Assembly (NCBI GenBank): GCA_052388275.1
Contig: JBQTII010000081.1
Span: 1,353 to 65,352 of the forward strand
DNA from: Sporichthyaceae bacterium
GTDB taxonomy: Bacteria > Actinomycetota > Actinomycetes > Sporichthyales > Sporichthyaceae
DNA length: 64,000 nt
Direction of reading: 5' to 3'
The notes below the pieces were generated by a model. That model worked only from the letters and a program-made list of their open reading frames with translations, was not told the DNA's origin and ran no database searches. Made by a program: the position numbers and the translations under genes. Below, one piece after another: positions 17,101 to 25,786 of this stretch (position 1 is the first letter of the stretch; each line of letters starts with the position of its first letter).

Positions 17101-18584
17101 GTCAGCAAGGTGAGATTGCGCTCGGAGTTGACGAAAACTCCGTCCACCTCGGTCCACAGCGCCGCCGGGAGCACAATGTCGGCGTAGGCGGTGGTCTCGG
17201 CGTCGCCGAAGCACTCCTGCACAATGACGAGGTCGGCATTCGCCAGTCCGGCGAGCACAAGATCACGATTGGCGATGGAGACCACCGGGTTGGTGCAGAT
17301 CACCCATACCGCTTTGATCTGACCAGTACTCAGTTTTTCGAAAAGGTCTATGGTGCCGCTGCCGACCTGGGTCGGGATGGTTCCTGCGGGCAGGCCCCAT
17401 AGCTTCTCCATAAAGGCCCGGTCAGCGTCGATCAGCACCGAGCGCTGCCCGGGCAGCCCCGGGCCCAGATATCCCATCTCGCGGCCACCCATGGCGTTCG
17501 GCTGCCCGGTAAGGGAGAACGGGCCGGATCCGGTCCGGGCGATCGCACCGGTCGCCAGATGCAGGTTGCAGATTGCCGTGGTGTTCGCGGTGCCCTGCGT
17601 GGACTGGTTCAGGCCCATCGTCCAGCAGGTCATCCAGTTCTCGGCCTCGCCGATCCAGCGGGCGGCGGTGCGAAGATCGGCCTCACTCAGGCCGGTGAGC
17701 GCCGCGACCACGGCGGGGGAGTAGTCGGCAAGGAAGGCTTCCATGCCTACCCCGCCGGCATCGACCCAGCCGTCGGTGAACTCGCCGATAAAGACCGGAT
17801 CGATGTGCCCCTCCGCGACGATCAGATGCAGCAACCCGTGCAGCATGGCGAGGTCGGTGCCGGGGGCGATCTGCAGATGCAGGTCCGCCTTCTCCGCGGT
17901 GGGCGTGCGGCGTGGATCAACGACGATCAACTTCGCCCCGGCGCGCACCCGTTCCATCATTCGCAAGAACAGGATGGGGTGACAGTCAGCCATGTTGGCC
18001 CCGGTTACCAGGAACACGTCCGCGTGGTCGAAGTCGTCATAGGACCCCGGGGGAGCGTCCGACCCGAGCGCGGCCTTGTAGCCCGCACCGGCACTCGCCA
18101 TGCACAAGCGCGAGTTGGACTCGATCCCATTCGTCCGCAGGTACCCCTTGGCGAGCTTGGTCGCCAGGTACTGCGCCTCCAGCGTCATCTGACCTGAGAC
18201 GTAGAGAGCCACCGAATCCGGACCGTGGGCGTCGATGATCGTACGCAGGCGGGCAACCGCCTCCGCGACAGCGTCCGCTACCCCGACTGCGATCGGAGCG
18301 GCGCCGCGTTCAGGTCGGATCAAGGCGCTCTCCAGGCGGCCCGGCGCACTGGCCGCGTCGGCACTGGTCGCACCCTTGGTACACATCCGGCCACGATTGG
18401 CCGGGTGATCGGGATCTCCCTTGACCGAGGCGACCCGGCGGCGCCGGGTAGCCGGGTCGGTCTCGATCTGCAACAGCAGCCCGCACCCGACTCCGCAGTA
18501 GGAGCAGACCCCTCGGGCACGGGAGTGGGCCGCGTCAGCGGGCGCAGCGGCACCAGCGGCCGAGGTGGGGGCATCCTCGTTCAT
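14145..18584 (-). CDS. Assimilatory nitrate reductase (Mo-bisPGD, [4Fe-4S]) fused to a flavodoxin plus FAD/NADPH diflavin reductase (CysJ-like); 1479 aa
   Basis: N-terminal CSYCGVGCG...C cluster motif and the molybdopterin oxidoreductase body. Flavodoxin LLAWASQTGNAEDFA. C-terminal RLYSISGSP, GPGTGVAPFRAF and YVCGD. A Pro/Ala-rich linker separates them. Confidence 0.9.
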   Translation of the reverse strand: MNEDAPTSAAGAAAPADAAHSRARGVCSYCGVGCGLLLQIETDPATRRRRVASVKGDPDHPANRGRMCTKGATSADAASAPGRLESALIRPERGAAPIAVGVADAVAEAVARLRTIIDAHGPDSVALYVSGQMTLEAQYLATKLAKGYLRTNGIESNSRLCMASAGAGYKAALGSDAPPGSYDDFDHADVFLVTGANMADCHPILFLRMMERVRAGAKLIVVDPRRTPTAEKADLHLQIAPGTDLAMLHGLLHLIVAEGHIDPVFIGEFTDGWVDAGGVGMEAFLADYSPAVVAALTGLSEADLRTAARWIGEAENWMTCWTMGLNQSTQGTANTTAICNLHLATGAIARTGSGPFSLTGQPNAMGGREMGYLGPGLPGQRSVLIDADRAFMEKLWGLPAGTIPTQVGSGTIDLFEKLSTGQIKAVWVICTNPVVSIANRDLVLAGLANADLVIVQECFGDAETTAYADIVLPAALWTEVDGVFVNSERNLTLLTAVADPPGEALADWDLIARVGRGLGFGDAFDYDCAEQIFDELRGAANPATGWDIRGVTYDRLRTSPVQWPSPPGDTDTRHPIRYLNDGTSHRELIDADGNRPRLVFATANGRAVFHARPHLGPAEAPDQSYPLVLTTGRLAHQWHTMTKTGKVAKLNRLNPGPFVEIHPTDAAHLGIGDGDAVEIVSRRGRAVLPARVEERTLPGTCFAPFHWGDAFGMDLAINVVTSDAVDPVSFQPEFKHCAVALSRIGTTLATEAPSLPVPASSDAASAQGTTPSGTSDYPLAAVAAALGLGVLGTPDFTEQQRHFLAGLFWAVERGGSIPSMLAPDAPFTGPVRAWVDGVLTSLAAPVMGDERRHGETPLESGGQSSPDPVAPAGSAGAASSPAMRSPGGERVLLAWASQTGNAEDFATGAAALLRRDGLQVDLVVMDEVEVATIAQAAYLVIVTSTFGDGDAPDNGAAFWGALCAAGAPELPDTSFAVLAFGDPVYADFCGHGRRLDERLAALGATRLLARVDLEVEDRARAANWLTEIRNVLRPTHPDPPAPPLPPAAPDPAPAPLPARAATSEPPVAIAATASDVRQAPSADVRTAGGYSSQSFGRQVPDGHTGAAQRPFSRQRPLPTRLVTNQALSGAGSVKDVRKFAFALESGCEYEAGDAIGVWPKNDAAVVQEWLTVTGLDGGAVVEIDGVGATDLRTAATEHLDIVRITPALLRFAVERKPDRELSRLLRPHNVIALEQWLWGRQSMDLLTEYPVRAEPTEWLEVLKRLTPRLYSISGSPKVSAVEVELTVSAVRYAYSGRSRHGVCSTYLADRCANETVPVFVQRSPHFRPPADNRTPMIMIGPGTGVAPFRAFLQERRALGHHGRNWLFFGEQRAATDFYYRAELEEFYSSGLLTRLSLAFSRDQRQKVYVQDLMRAAGLEFWRWLDAGAHVYVCGDAGRMAKDVHAVLIEIVRDHGGLGERAEEYVRSMATQKRYVRDVY

Positions 18585-18746
18585 GGGGTTCAGCAGAACC
18601 GTCCCGTGTTTCCGAATGATTTCCGGTCGATCAGCACGCCCGAAACACCATCATCACAACACGCTGCCCCCAGCGTGAGACCTCGACTTTGCCCTGATCA
18701 GGCAGGATTGGGGCCTCGTGCCAAGAATGGGACCAGGGGGGTTCGG

Positions 18747-19067
18747 ATGAACACGAGCAGAGTCCGGATCCTGGCCGGGTTGAGCGTGTTCGGCGGACAA
18801 GGAGCGCAGATCAGCATTCATGACGACCAGATCCGCTTCGAAGCCCCCGACGGCGCGAGCTTTGAGGTGGACGCCGCCGAGATCCGGCGTGGGTCCTTCA
18901 ACACCCTCAACGGCATGTGGGTGCTCAAGCTCAGAGACGGCCGCAAGGTCCGCTTTCAGGGGGCCGGGGCAATGCTGTCCGCCGATAGCAGCCCGGCCGG
19001 CAAGCTCACCAACGAACTGCTTTTGGCGCTGCTGAAGAAGCACCGGGCCGGACGGTTCACCATCTGA
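18747..19067 (+). CDS. Hypothetical small protein (106 aa)
   Basis: ATG at 18747 within ORF 18225-19067. G/C third-position bias. No motif recognised. The upstream part of the ORF overlaps the nitrate reductase 5' end. Confidence 0.45.
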   Translation: MNTSRVRILAGLSVFGGQGAQISIHDDQIRFEAPDGASFEVDAAEIRRGSFNTLNGMWVLKLRDGRKVRFQGAGAMLSADSSPAGKLTNELLLALLKKHRAGRFTI

Positions 19068-19073
19068 GCCGCG

Positions 19074-19493
19074 CTACTTTTTCGGCACGACCTTGATCGT
19101 GGCCACCATCTCCGGGTGGAAGCTGCAGAAGTAGCGGTAGATCCCAGGCTTGGTGAACTTCTTCGTGTACTTGTCCTGCTGGGCCAGGGCGGGCGAGGCG
19201 AAGGCACGCGGAGCCTTGGTCGTGGCGACGTCATGGGTGTCAAGGTCCAGGTTCGTCCAGCGCACCTTGGAGCCGACCTCGACCGTCGGCTTCTTGGGCA
19301 GGTAGGTGAAGTCGACGATCTTCACCTTCGTGACGGGAATCGGCTCCGGCGCCGCCGCCGCCGCCAAGGCGGGCGCGAGTACCACCGTCATCCCCACGAG
19401 GACGGCAATTGCCGTCCTCGACAGCGCGGTCAACTTTGGCACCACACATACCTCGCAGTCGCTTCTCGCCCGGGTCTTCACAGAATCGGTCAT
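19074..19493 (-). CDS. Secreted cupredoxin (plastocyanin/amicyanin-like type-1 copper protein)
   Basis: Signal-like AIAVLVGMTVVLAPALAAAAA. Ligand pattern H (DTHD) ... C-SF-H-PE-M (YFCSFHPEM). The start is uncertain: ATG at 19493 or an internal GTG. Confidence 0.7.
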   Translation of the reverse strand: MTDSVKTRARSDCEVCVVPKLTALSRTAIAVLVGMTVVLAPALAAAAAPEPIPVTKVKIVDFTYLPKKPTVEVGSKVRWTNLDLDTHDVATTKAPRAFASPALAQQDKYTKKFTKPGIYRYFCSFHPEMVATIKVVPKK

Positions 19494-19679
19494 CGGACGT
19501 GCGCCGCCTTGCTCATCCCCTCCAATGGGGGAGGCCTCGGCTGCACCCATCCTCGCCCCGTGCCCTGGGAGAACGCTGCGTCCAGGTCCGCACAGGCTCA
19601 GGCCGCCGTGTGGAAGTGACATAACGTTCATTATCGGCGAACTACCGATCCCCTCGGACATCGCGCGCAATGAGCGCAC

Positions 19680-20072
19680 TCACCAGAGGGTGAGCAGGCC
19701 GTTGAGCTCGGTGAACAGCTCGTCACGGGTGACCAGGGTCGCCTGCCCGAGAAGGGCTTGGGCAGCGAGCATCCGGTCGAAAGGGTCGCGGTGAGTCCAG
19801 CTCAACCCGCCCGCGCGGATGGCATCGTCGGCGCTGATAGGGTGCTGATCAGCGCCGAGCCGAGCACACAGGGCGCCGTGCTGCGCAAGCAGCGCTTCGG
19901 CTTCGGGGAACCTCCCGGATCTGTGTTTGATCGACATCTCCCATGCGGTGGCGGCCGAGACCCACAACGTGTTCAGCGGGTCGGCGATCGCCTCCCGCGC
20001 CGCGTCGGAAAGCTTTGCCGGTGCCGTGACGGCCCACACGTAGGCGTGGGTGTCGAGCAGGAGAACCGTCAC
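19680..20072 (-). CDS. vapC: Type II toxin VapC (PIN domain)
   Basis: LLLDTHAYVW (N-terminal Asp), WEMSIK, HRDPFDRMLAAQA. 4-nt overlap with the upstream antitoxin. Confidence 0.85.
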   Translation of the reverse strand: MTVLLLDTHAYVWAVTAPAKLSDAAREAIADPLNTLWVSAATAWEMSIKHRSGRFPEAEALLAQHGALCARLGADQHPISADDAIRAGGLSWTHRDPFDRMLAAQALLGQATLVTRDELFTELNGLLTLW

Positions 20073-20293
20073 GACCAGTCCGCGAGGTCCGCCTCGTCCA
20101 GCGGATCGAAGCGGCCGGTAGGCACGGACATCGGCAAGAAACCGAGCTCCCTGCTGGCCGGCGCCACGATCGGGACAAGTCGGACGAGGGGGTGCCCGGC
20201 ACGGGCCAGAACGACCTCTTCGCCGGCCATTGCCGCGTCCAGCAGACGCGAAAGGTGAGCCTTCGCCTCGGCGACGTTGTAGGTGATGGTCAT
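20069..20293 (-). CDS. Phd/YefM-type antitoxin of the VapC pair
   Basis: MTITYNVAEAKAHLSRLLDAAMAGEEVVLARAGHPLVRLVPI. ATG at 20293. Confidence 0.8.
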   Translation of the reverse strand: MTITYNVAEAKAHLSRLLDAAMAGEEVVLARAGHPLVRLVPIVAPASRELGFLPMSVPTGRFDPLDEADLADWS

Positions 20294-20442
20294 AGTGGTC
20301 AGACTACCATGACCATGCCGAGTCCGGGGGGCGGAATCGCCCGCCACCAGCCCACGGCATGGGCAGTCAGCGGCCGTAGTGATCCCGGCAGGCACGCGAG
20401 AAGTAGCCGGCGACGACGTGCTTGAGCGGCACAGGTCGCCTT

Positions 20443-22830
20443 TCAGGCGGTGACATAGGCCGCGAGGTGCTTGCCGGTGAGCGTCGGCTTCTTGGCGGCG
20501 ATCAATTGGGCCGGCGGACCTTGGAAGACGACGCGGCCGCCGTCGTGGCCGGCCCCGGGACCGAGATCGATGATCCAGTCCGCATGCGCCATCACCGCCT
20601 GGTGATGCTCGATGACGATCACCGACTTGCCGGCGTCCACCAGCCGGTCGAGCAGAGCGAGCAGGTTCGCGACGTCGGCCAGATGCAGACCGGAGGTGGG
20701 CTCGTCAAGGACGAGGAGGCCGCCCTTCTCCCCCATGTGCGTGGCGAGCTTGAGGCGCTGACGTTCCCCACCGGACAGCGTCGTCAGCTGCTGACCCAGG
20801 CTCAGATACCCCAGGCCGACATCGACCAGCCGCGCGAGGATCGCGTGCGCGGCTGGGGTCCTGGCATCGCCGGCGCCGAAGAACTGCGCGGCCTCGTCCA
20901 TCGACATCGCCAGCACCTGCGCGATGTCACGGCCGCCAAAGGTGTACCCCAGCACTCCCCCGTCGAAGCGCTTGCCCTCGCACTGCTCACACGGGGTCGA
21001 GACCCCGGCCATCACCGCCAGGTCGGTGTAGATGACGCCGTTGCCGTTGCAGGTCGGGCAGGCACCTTCGGAGTTGGCGCTGAACAGGGCAGGCTTGACG
21101 CCGTTGGCCTTGGCGAACGCCTTGCGGATCGGTTCGAGCAGCCCGGTGTAGGTCGCCGGGTTGCTGCGCCGTGACCCCTTGATCGGACTTTGGTCGATGG
21201 CGACAACCCCATCGCGGCCTGCCACGGAACCATGGATCAGCGAAGTCTTACCCGAACCCGCCACCCCGGTGACCACGACGAGCAGGCCGAGGGGGATGTC
21301 AACGTCGACGCGCCGCAGGTTGTGCAGATCGGCGCCGCGAACCTGCAAGGCCCCCGAACTCCCGCGCACCGTGGCCTTGAGCGCGGCCCGATCCTGAAAA
21401 TGACGACCCGTCAGAGTATCGACCTTGCGCAGGGCGCTGACGGTGCCCTCAAATACCACCGCGCCGCCGCGGCTGCCCGCGCCAGGGCCGAGGTCGATGA
21501 CATGATCGGCTATCGCAATCATCTCCGGCTTGTGCTCGACGACGAGCACGGTGTTGCCCTTATCGCGTAATGCCTGCAACAGCTCGTTCATCCGGGCGAT
21601 GTCGTGCGGATGCAGCCCTACCGTCGGCTCGTCGAAAACGTAGGTGACATCGGTCAGCGACGACCCCAGGTGACGGATCATCTTGGTGCGCTGCGCCTCG
21701 CCACCGGACAGCGTTCCGGACGACCGTTCCAGCGAGAGGTAACCCAGGCCGATCTCCACGAAGGAGTCCAGGGTGCGCGCCAAATTGCCCAGCAATGGCG
21801 CCACGGACGGCTCCCCCAGTGTGCGCACCCATTCGGCAAGATCACTGATCTGCATCCGGCACGCATCGGCGATGCTGACGCCCTTGATCTTCGCGGCCCG
21901 GGCATGTTCGGCGAGCCGGGTCCCGTCGCACTGCGCGCAGGTGGCGAACAGGACCGCGCGCGCCACGAAGGCCCGGATGTGCGGTTGCATCGCATCGACG
22001 TCCTTGGACAGGAACGACTTGCGGATCGAGGGGATGAGCCCGGCGAAGGTCAGGTTGATGCCCTCGACCTTGATCTTCGTCGGTTCCTTGTAGAGCAGGT
22101 CGGCAAGCTCCCGCTTGGTGAACTTCGCGATCGGCTTGTCGCAGTCGAAGAATCCGCAGCCGTTGAAGATTCGGCCGTACCAGCCCTCCATGGAGTAGCC
22201 GGGGATGGTGATGGCGCCGTCGTTGATGGATTTGGCGCCGTCGTAGAGCGCGGCCAGGTCGAAGTCCGAGACGCGGCCCATGCCCTCGCACCGGGGGCAC
22301 ATGCCCCCGGTGATGCTGAAGGAACGACGCTCCTTCACCTCGCGGCCCCCCTTGGTGGTCGTGACCGCGCCGGCGCCACTGATCGAGGCGACGTTGAACG
22401 AGAACGCCTGCGGTGAGCCGACGTGGGGCTCACCGAGACGGCTGAACAGGATCCGCAGCAGGGCGTTGGTGTCGGTGACGGTGCCGACCGTGGAGCGCGC
22501 ATTGGCGCCCAGGCGCTCCTGATCGACGAGAATCGCCGTCGTCAGCCCGTCCAGGACGTCGACGTCCGGTCGGGCCATGGAGGGCATGAACCCCTGCACG
22601 AACGCGCTGTAGGTCTCATTGATCATCCGCTGCGCCTCCGCGGCGATCGTGCCGAACACCAGCGAACTCTTGCCTGAGCCGGACACCCCGGTGAACACCG
22701 TGAGCCGGCGCTTGGGGATCTCGACACTGACGTCCTTGAGGTTGTTCACCCGCGCGCCCTGCACGCGGATCAGGTCGTGGCTGTCGGCGGCGTGCGGCAC
22801 GGCGGCGTCTCCGAGTTGTCGGTTGAGCAA
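20443..22830 (-). CDS. UvrA-like ABC ATPase, class II (UvrA2-type, short form of 795 aa)
   Basis: Two ABC modules: GVSGSGKSSLVF and GVAGSGKTSL, with signature LSGGEAQR and LSGGERQR. Zinc modules CPRCEGMG, CAQCDGTR, CPTCNGNG and CEQCEGKR. At 795 aa it is shorter than the UvrA length I recall (figure from memory), consistent with the UvrB-binding insertion being absent; I did not map the domains. TTG start at 22830. Confidence 0.85.
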   Translation of the reverse strand: MLNRQLGDAAVPHAADSHDLIRVQGARVNNLKDVSVEIPKRRLTVFTGVSGSGKSSLVFGTIAAEAQRMINETYSAFVQGFMPSMARPDVDVLDGLTTAILVDQERLGANARSTVGTVTDTNALLRILFSRLGEPHVGSPQAFSFNVASISGAGAVTTTKGGREVKERRSFSITGGMCPRCEGMGRVSDFDLAALYDGAKSINDGAITIPGYSMEGWYGRIFNGCGFFDCDKPIAKFTKRELADLLYKEPTKIKVEGINLTFAGLIPSIRKSFLSKDVDAMQPHIRAFVARAVLFATCAQCDGTRLAEHARAAKIKGVSIADACRMQISDLAEWVRTLGEPSVAPLLGNLARTLDSFVEIGLGYLSLERSSGTLSGGEAQRTKMIRHLGSSLTDVTYVFDEPTVGLHPHDIARMNELLQALRDKGNTVLVVEHKPEMIAIADHVIDLGPGAGSRGGAVVFEGTVSALRKVDTLTGRHFQDRAALKATVRGSSGALQVRGADLHNLRRVDVDIPLGLLVVVTGVAGSGKTSLIHGSVAGRDGVVAIDQSPIKGSRRSNPATYTGLLEPIRKAFAKANGVKPALFSANSEGACPTCNGNGVIYTDLAVMAGVSTPCEQCEGKRFDGGVLGYTFGGRDIAQVLAMSMDEAAQFFGAGDARTPAAHAILARLVDVGLGYLSLGQQLTTLSGGERQRLKLATHMGEKGGLLVLDEPTSGLHLADVANLLALLDRLVDAGKSVIVIEHHQAVMAHADWIIDLGPGAGHDGGRVVFQGPPAQLIAAKKPTLTGKHLAAYVTA

Positions 22831-22836
22831 AGGGTG

Positions 22837-24114
22837 TCAAGTCGAGCGGCGGTAGGGCACCGGGCGAGCGGGCTTGCTGACACGAGTGTCGCCCTCGGGG
22901 CTCGCGAGCTGACGTTCCAACGCGGCGAAGGCGTCGATGACTTCGGGAGCCTCGAACGCCCGGTTGCGCCGCCCGATCGTCACCTGTCGAAGGATGCCCG
23001 CCTCGACGAGCCGCCCGATTGCCTCGTTCGCGGGCTGATAGGTCCGCGCGATCAATTGCGCCGCTGAGTGGACCGTCAGCACCGGGGCGCCGGGTAGCGC
23101 CCGCAGGAGCAGATCGGTCCCTGATCGAGCTCGCACCGGGCCGAGCCGTTCGCGCCAGGCATCCTGCAAGTCACGTGCCTGCCCCTCGAATTGCAGTGCG
23201 TCACCGACCGCCCGGGTACAGGCCGCTGCGAACCGACCTGCCCAGATGTCAATACCACGCTGGGCGGCGACACTCGCCGTGGTGCCGGTGTGGCGAAAGG
23301 CCGTCAACCCGTCGATGTAGGTGCGTGCCCAGGTCGCGAGGATCAACGACACCGGCGGGAGGACCCTTGGCGTGAGACCCCGTCGTCGAAGGACGAGGTG
23401 GATCAAGGCACGTCCCGTCCGGCCGTTGCCGTCGACGAAGGGGTGGATCGTCTCGAATTGAGCGTGGGCGATTGCGGCCTGAGCGACGGCCGGAAGGTCA
23501 TCGGTCGTGCAGAACGCGCACAGGTCCGCGAGCAGTTCAGGCACAAGATCGGGCGGCGGTGGGACGAAGGCGGCCGAGCACGGATTGTAGGAGCTCCCAC
23601 CGATCCAGTTCTGCTGGTTGCGGATCCGGCCCGCGTGGGGTTCCAGCTGTGTCCCGGCGAGGAGTCGACGGTGCACCTCCAGGATCAGCTCCACGGTGAT
23701 GGCGTCACCGGCGTCCACCGCTTCGATGGCGTACACCATGGCGGCGATGTTCCCCAGGACTTCCGCCGCGGTCACGTCCACTGTGGCGGCGTCGATTTTG
23801 ACGGCAGCTTCAGCCCGCAGCAGGCGGCGCGGGCCGACTTCGAGTCCCTCGATACGCGATGAAGCCACCGCTTCGGCGCGCAGCAGGATGCGTGCCAGCG
23901 CCTCAGTGTCGACGAGCGCCCGGGCCTGGAGATTGAGCGTGGTGATGGCCGCCTCCGCGTCGGCGACGTCTGCTGCAACGTTGCCCTCGAGAGCAAACCG
24001 ACGGCCGATCAGGCAGTCTGGGACATAGGCGTCGTACGCACACGACTGCCGGTCGCGGCGAGGTAGGCCCCCTGCGATATCGCTGATCCACTGTCGCCTT
24101 ACAAACTTTGCCAC
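22837..24114 (-). CDS. Fic family protein (class II, N-terminal inhibitory helix; C-terminal winged-helix-like tail)
   Basis: Fic motif HPFVDGNGRTGR. Inhibitory motif SSRIEG (S-x3-E-G) lies about 130 aa upstream. Confidence 0.88.
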   Translation of the reverse strand: MAKFVRRQWISDIAGGLPRRDRQSCAYDAYVPDCLIGRRFALEGNVAADVADAEAAITTLNLQARALVDTEALARILLRAEAVASSRIEGLEVGPRRLLRAEAAVKIDAATVDVTAAEVLGNIAAMVYAIEAVDAGDAITVELILEVHRRLLAGTQLEPHAGRIRNQQNWIGGSSYNPCSAAFVPPPPDLVPELLADLCAFCTTDDLPAVAQAAIAHAQFETIHPFVDGNGRTGRALIHLVLRRRGLTPRVLPPVSLILATWARTYIDGLTAFRHTGTTASVAAQRGIDIWAGRFAAACTRAVGDALQFEGQARDLQDAWRERLGPVRARSGTDLLLRALPGAPVLTVHSAAQLIARTYQPANEAIGRLVEAGILRQVTIGRRNRAFEAPEVIDAFAALERQLASPEGDTRVSKPARPVPYRRST

Positions 24115-24280
24115 AGTCCCTCCATATTCTAGGTTATACTACAAACCCAAATAAGAGACGCATCCGTCGCGCCGTGAGACGGGCGCGATGAGTGCAACCG
24201 CCGGACGTCGTGGGGATGACATCCCACGGGGACGGTGAGGTCGACGTCGGAGCCTCGGGCGGCGACGTAATCTCATCGTC

Positions 24281-25765
24281 GTGAGTCCCGAACCAGCGCT
24301 CAGCCTCCAACTTGAGAATTCGTTCGCCCGTGATCTGCCCGCCCTGGCCGTTTCGTGGCAGGCCGCGGTGTGGCCGGACCCCGAGGTGGTCGTGATCAAC
24401 GACGCCCTCGCGGCCGAACTCGGGCTCGATGCCCACTGGCTGCGCACCCCGGCCGGGCTCGCGCTGCTCACCGGCGCGCAGGTACCGGGAACGACGCCGG
24501 TGGCGCAGGCCTACGCCGGACATCAGTTCGGGGGCTACTCCCCCCGCCTCGGCGACGGGCGTGCGCTGTTGCTCGGTGAGTTGACGGACACCGCGGGCCG
24601 GCGGCGCGATCTAGCCCTCAAGGGTTCCGGGGCGACCCCGTTCTCCCGGGGCGGTGACGGCAAAGCCGCGCTCGGCCCGATGCTGCGCGAGTATCTGGTC
24701 AGTGAGGCCATGCATGCCGCCGGTGTCCCGACCACGCGCGCGCTCGCCGTGCTGAGCACCGGCGAGCGCATCCTTCGCGAGGACGGCGCGCTGCCCGGAG
24801 CGGTGCTGGTGCGCGTCGCGGCCAGCCATCTGCGGGTCGGCAGCTTCCAGTACGCCGCCGCGCGGGCGGCCCAGGAGCCGAAGCTGTTGAGGGCACTCGC
24901 CGACTACGCCATCGCCCGACACCATCCGGACGCCGCGGCGGCGCAGAACCCATACCTCGCGCTGCTCGACGCGGTCCTCGCGGCGCAGGCCACGCTGGTG
25001 GCCCAGTGGATGGGCCTGGGCTTCGTGCACGGGGTGCTGAACACCGACAACGTGACGATCTCCGGCGAAACGATCGATTACGGACCGTGCGCCTTCATGG
25101 AGGCCTACGACCCGGCATGCGTGTTCAGTTCGATCGACCACGGCGGGCGCTATGCCTACGGCAACCAGCCCGAAATCACGCTGTGGAACCTGACCCGCTT
25201 CGCCGAGGCCCTGCTGCCGCTGATCGAGGCCGACACCGAGGCGGCAGTCACGGTCGCGACGGCTGTCCTGGACACCTACGTCGCCCGCTTTGAGGCCGCC
25301 TGGCTCGCTGTGATGGCAGCCAAGCTCGGCCTGCTCACCGTGGAGCGCTCCGACCCGCTCCCCCGCGGCTTGCTGGCCCTGATGCAGGCCGGGCACATCG
25401 ACTGGACCACGGGATTCCGTTCGCTGTCCGCGCTCGCGCGCGGTGACGGCGCGCCGGCGCGTGATCTGTACCTTGACCGCGAGGCCTTCGACGCCTGGGC
25501 CTCGCAGTGGCTGGCCCGGCTCGCGGACCTGCCAGGCGGACCGGGCACCGCGGCCGCGCGCATGGATGCGGTGAACCCGGTCTACATTCCCCGCAATCAC
25601 CTCGTCGAGGCTGCGCTCGCGGCCGCGGGCAAGGGCGAGCTCGCGCCCACGCGAGAGCTGCTCGCGGTCCTCGCCGACCCGTTCACCGAGCGTCCCGGGC
25701 TCACCTCCTACGCCGAAGGCGCGCCCGTCGACTTCGGCGCGTACCGGACCTTCTGCGGCACCTGA
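24281..25765 (+). CDS. selO: Protein adenylyltransferase SelO (YdiU/UPF0061)
   Basis: [71 protein letters not shown]. Confidence 0.92.
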   Translation: MSPEPALSLQLENSFARDLPALAVSWQAAVWPDPEVVVINDALAAELGLDAHWLRTPAGLALLTGAQVPGTTPVAQAYAGHQFGGYSPRLGDGRALLLGELTDTAGRRRDLALKGSGATPFSRGGDGKAALGPMLREYLVSEAMHAAGVPTTRALAVLSTGERILREDGALPGAVLVRVAASHLRVGSFQYAAARAAQEPKLLRALADYAIARHHPDAAAAQNPYLALLDAVLAAQATLVAQWMGLGFVHGVLNTDNVTISGETIDYGPCAFMEAYDPACVFSSIDHGGRYAYGNQPEITLWNLTRFAEALLPLIEADTEAAVTVATAVLDTYVARFEAAWLAVMAAKLGLLTVERSDPLPRGLLALMQAGHIDWTTGFRSLSALARGDGAPARDLYLDREAFDAWASQWLARLADLPGGPGTAAARMDAVNPVYIPRNHLVEAALAAAGKGELAPTRELLAVLADPFTERPGLTSYAEGAPVDFGAYRTFCGT

Positions 25766-25786
25766 GCGGGTGCGGCTGGCAGGCTG

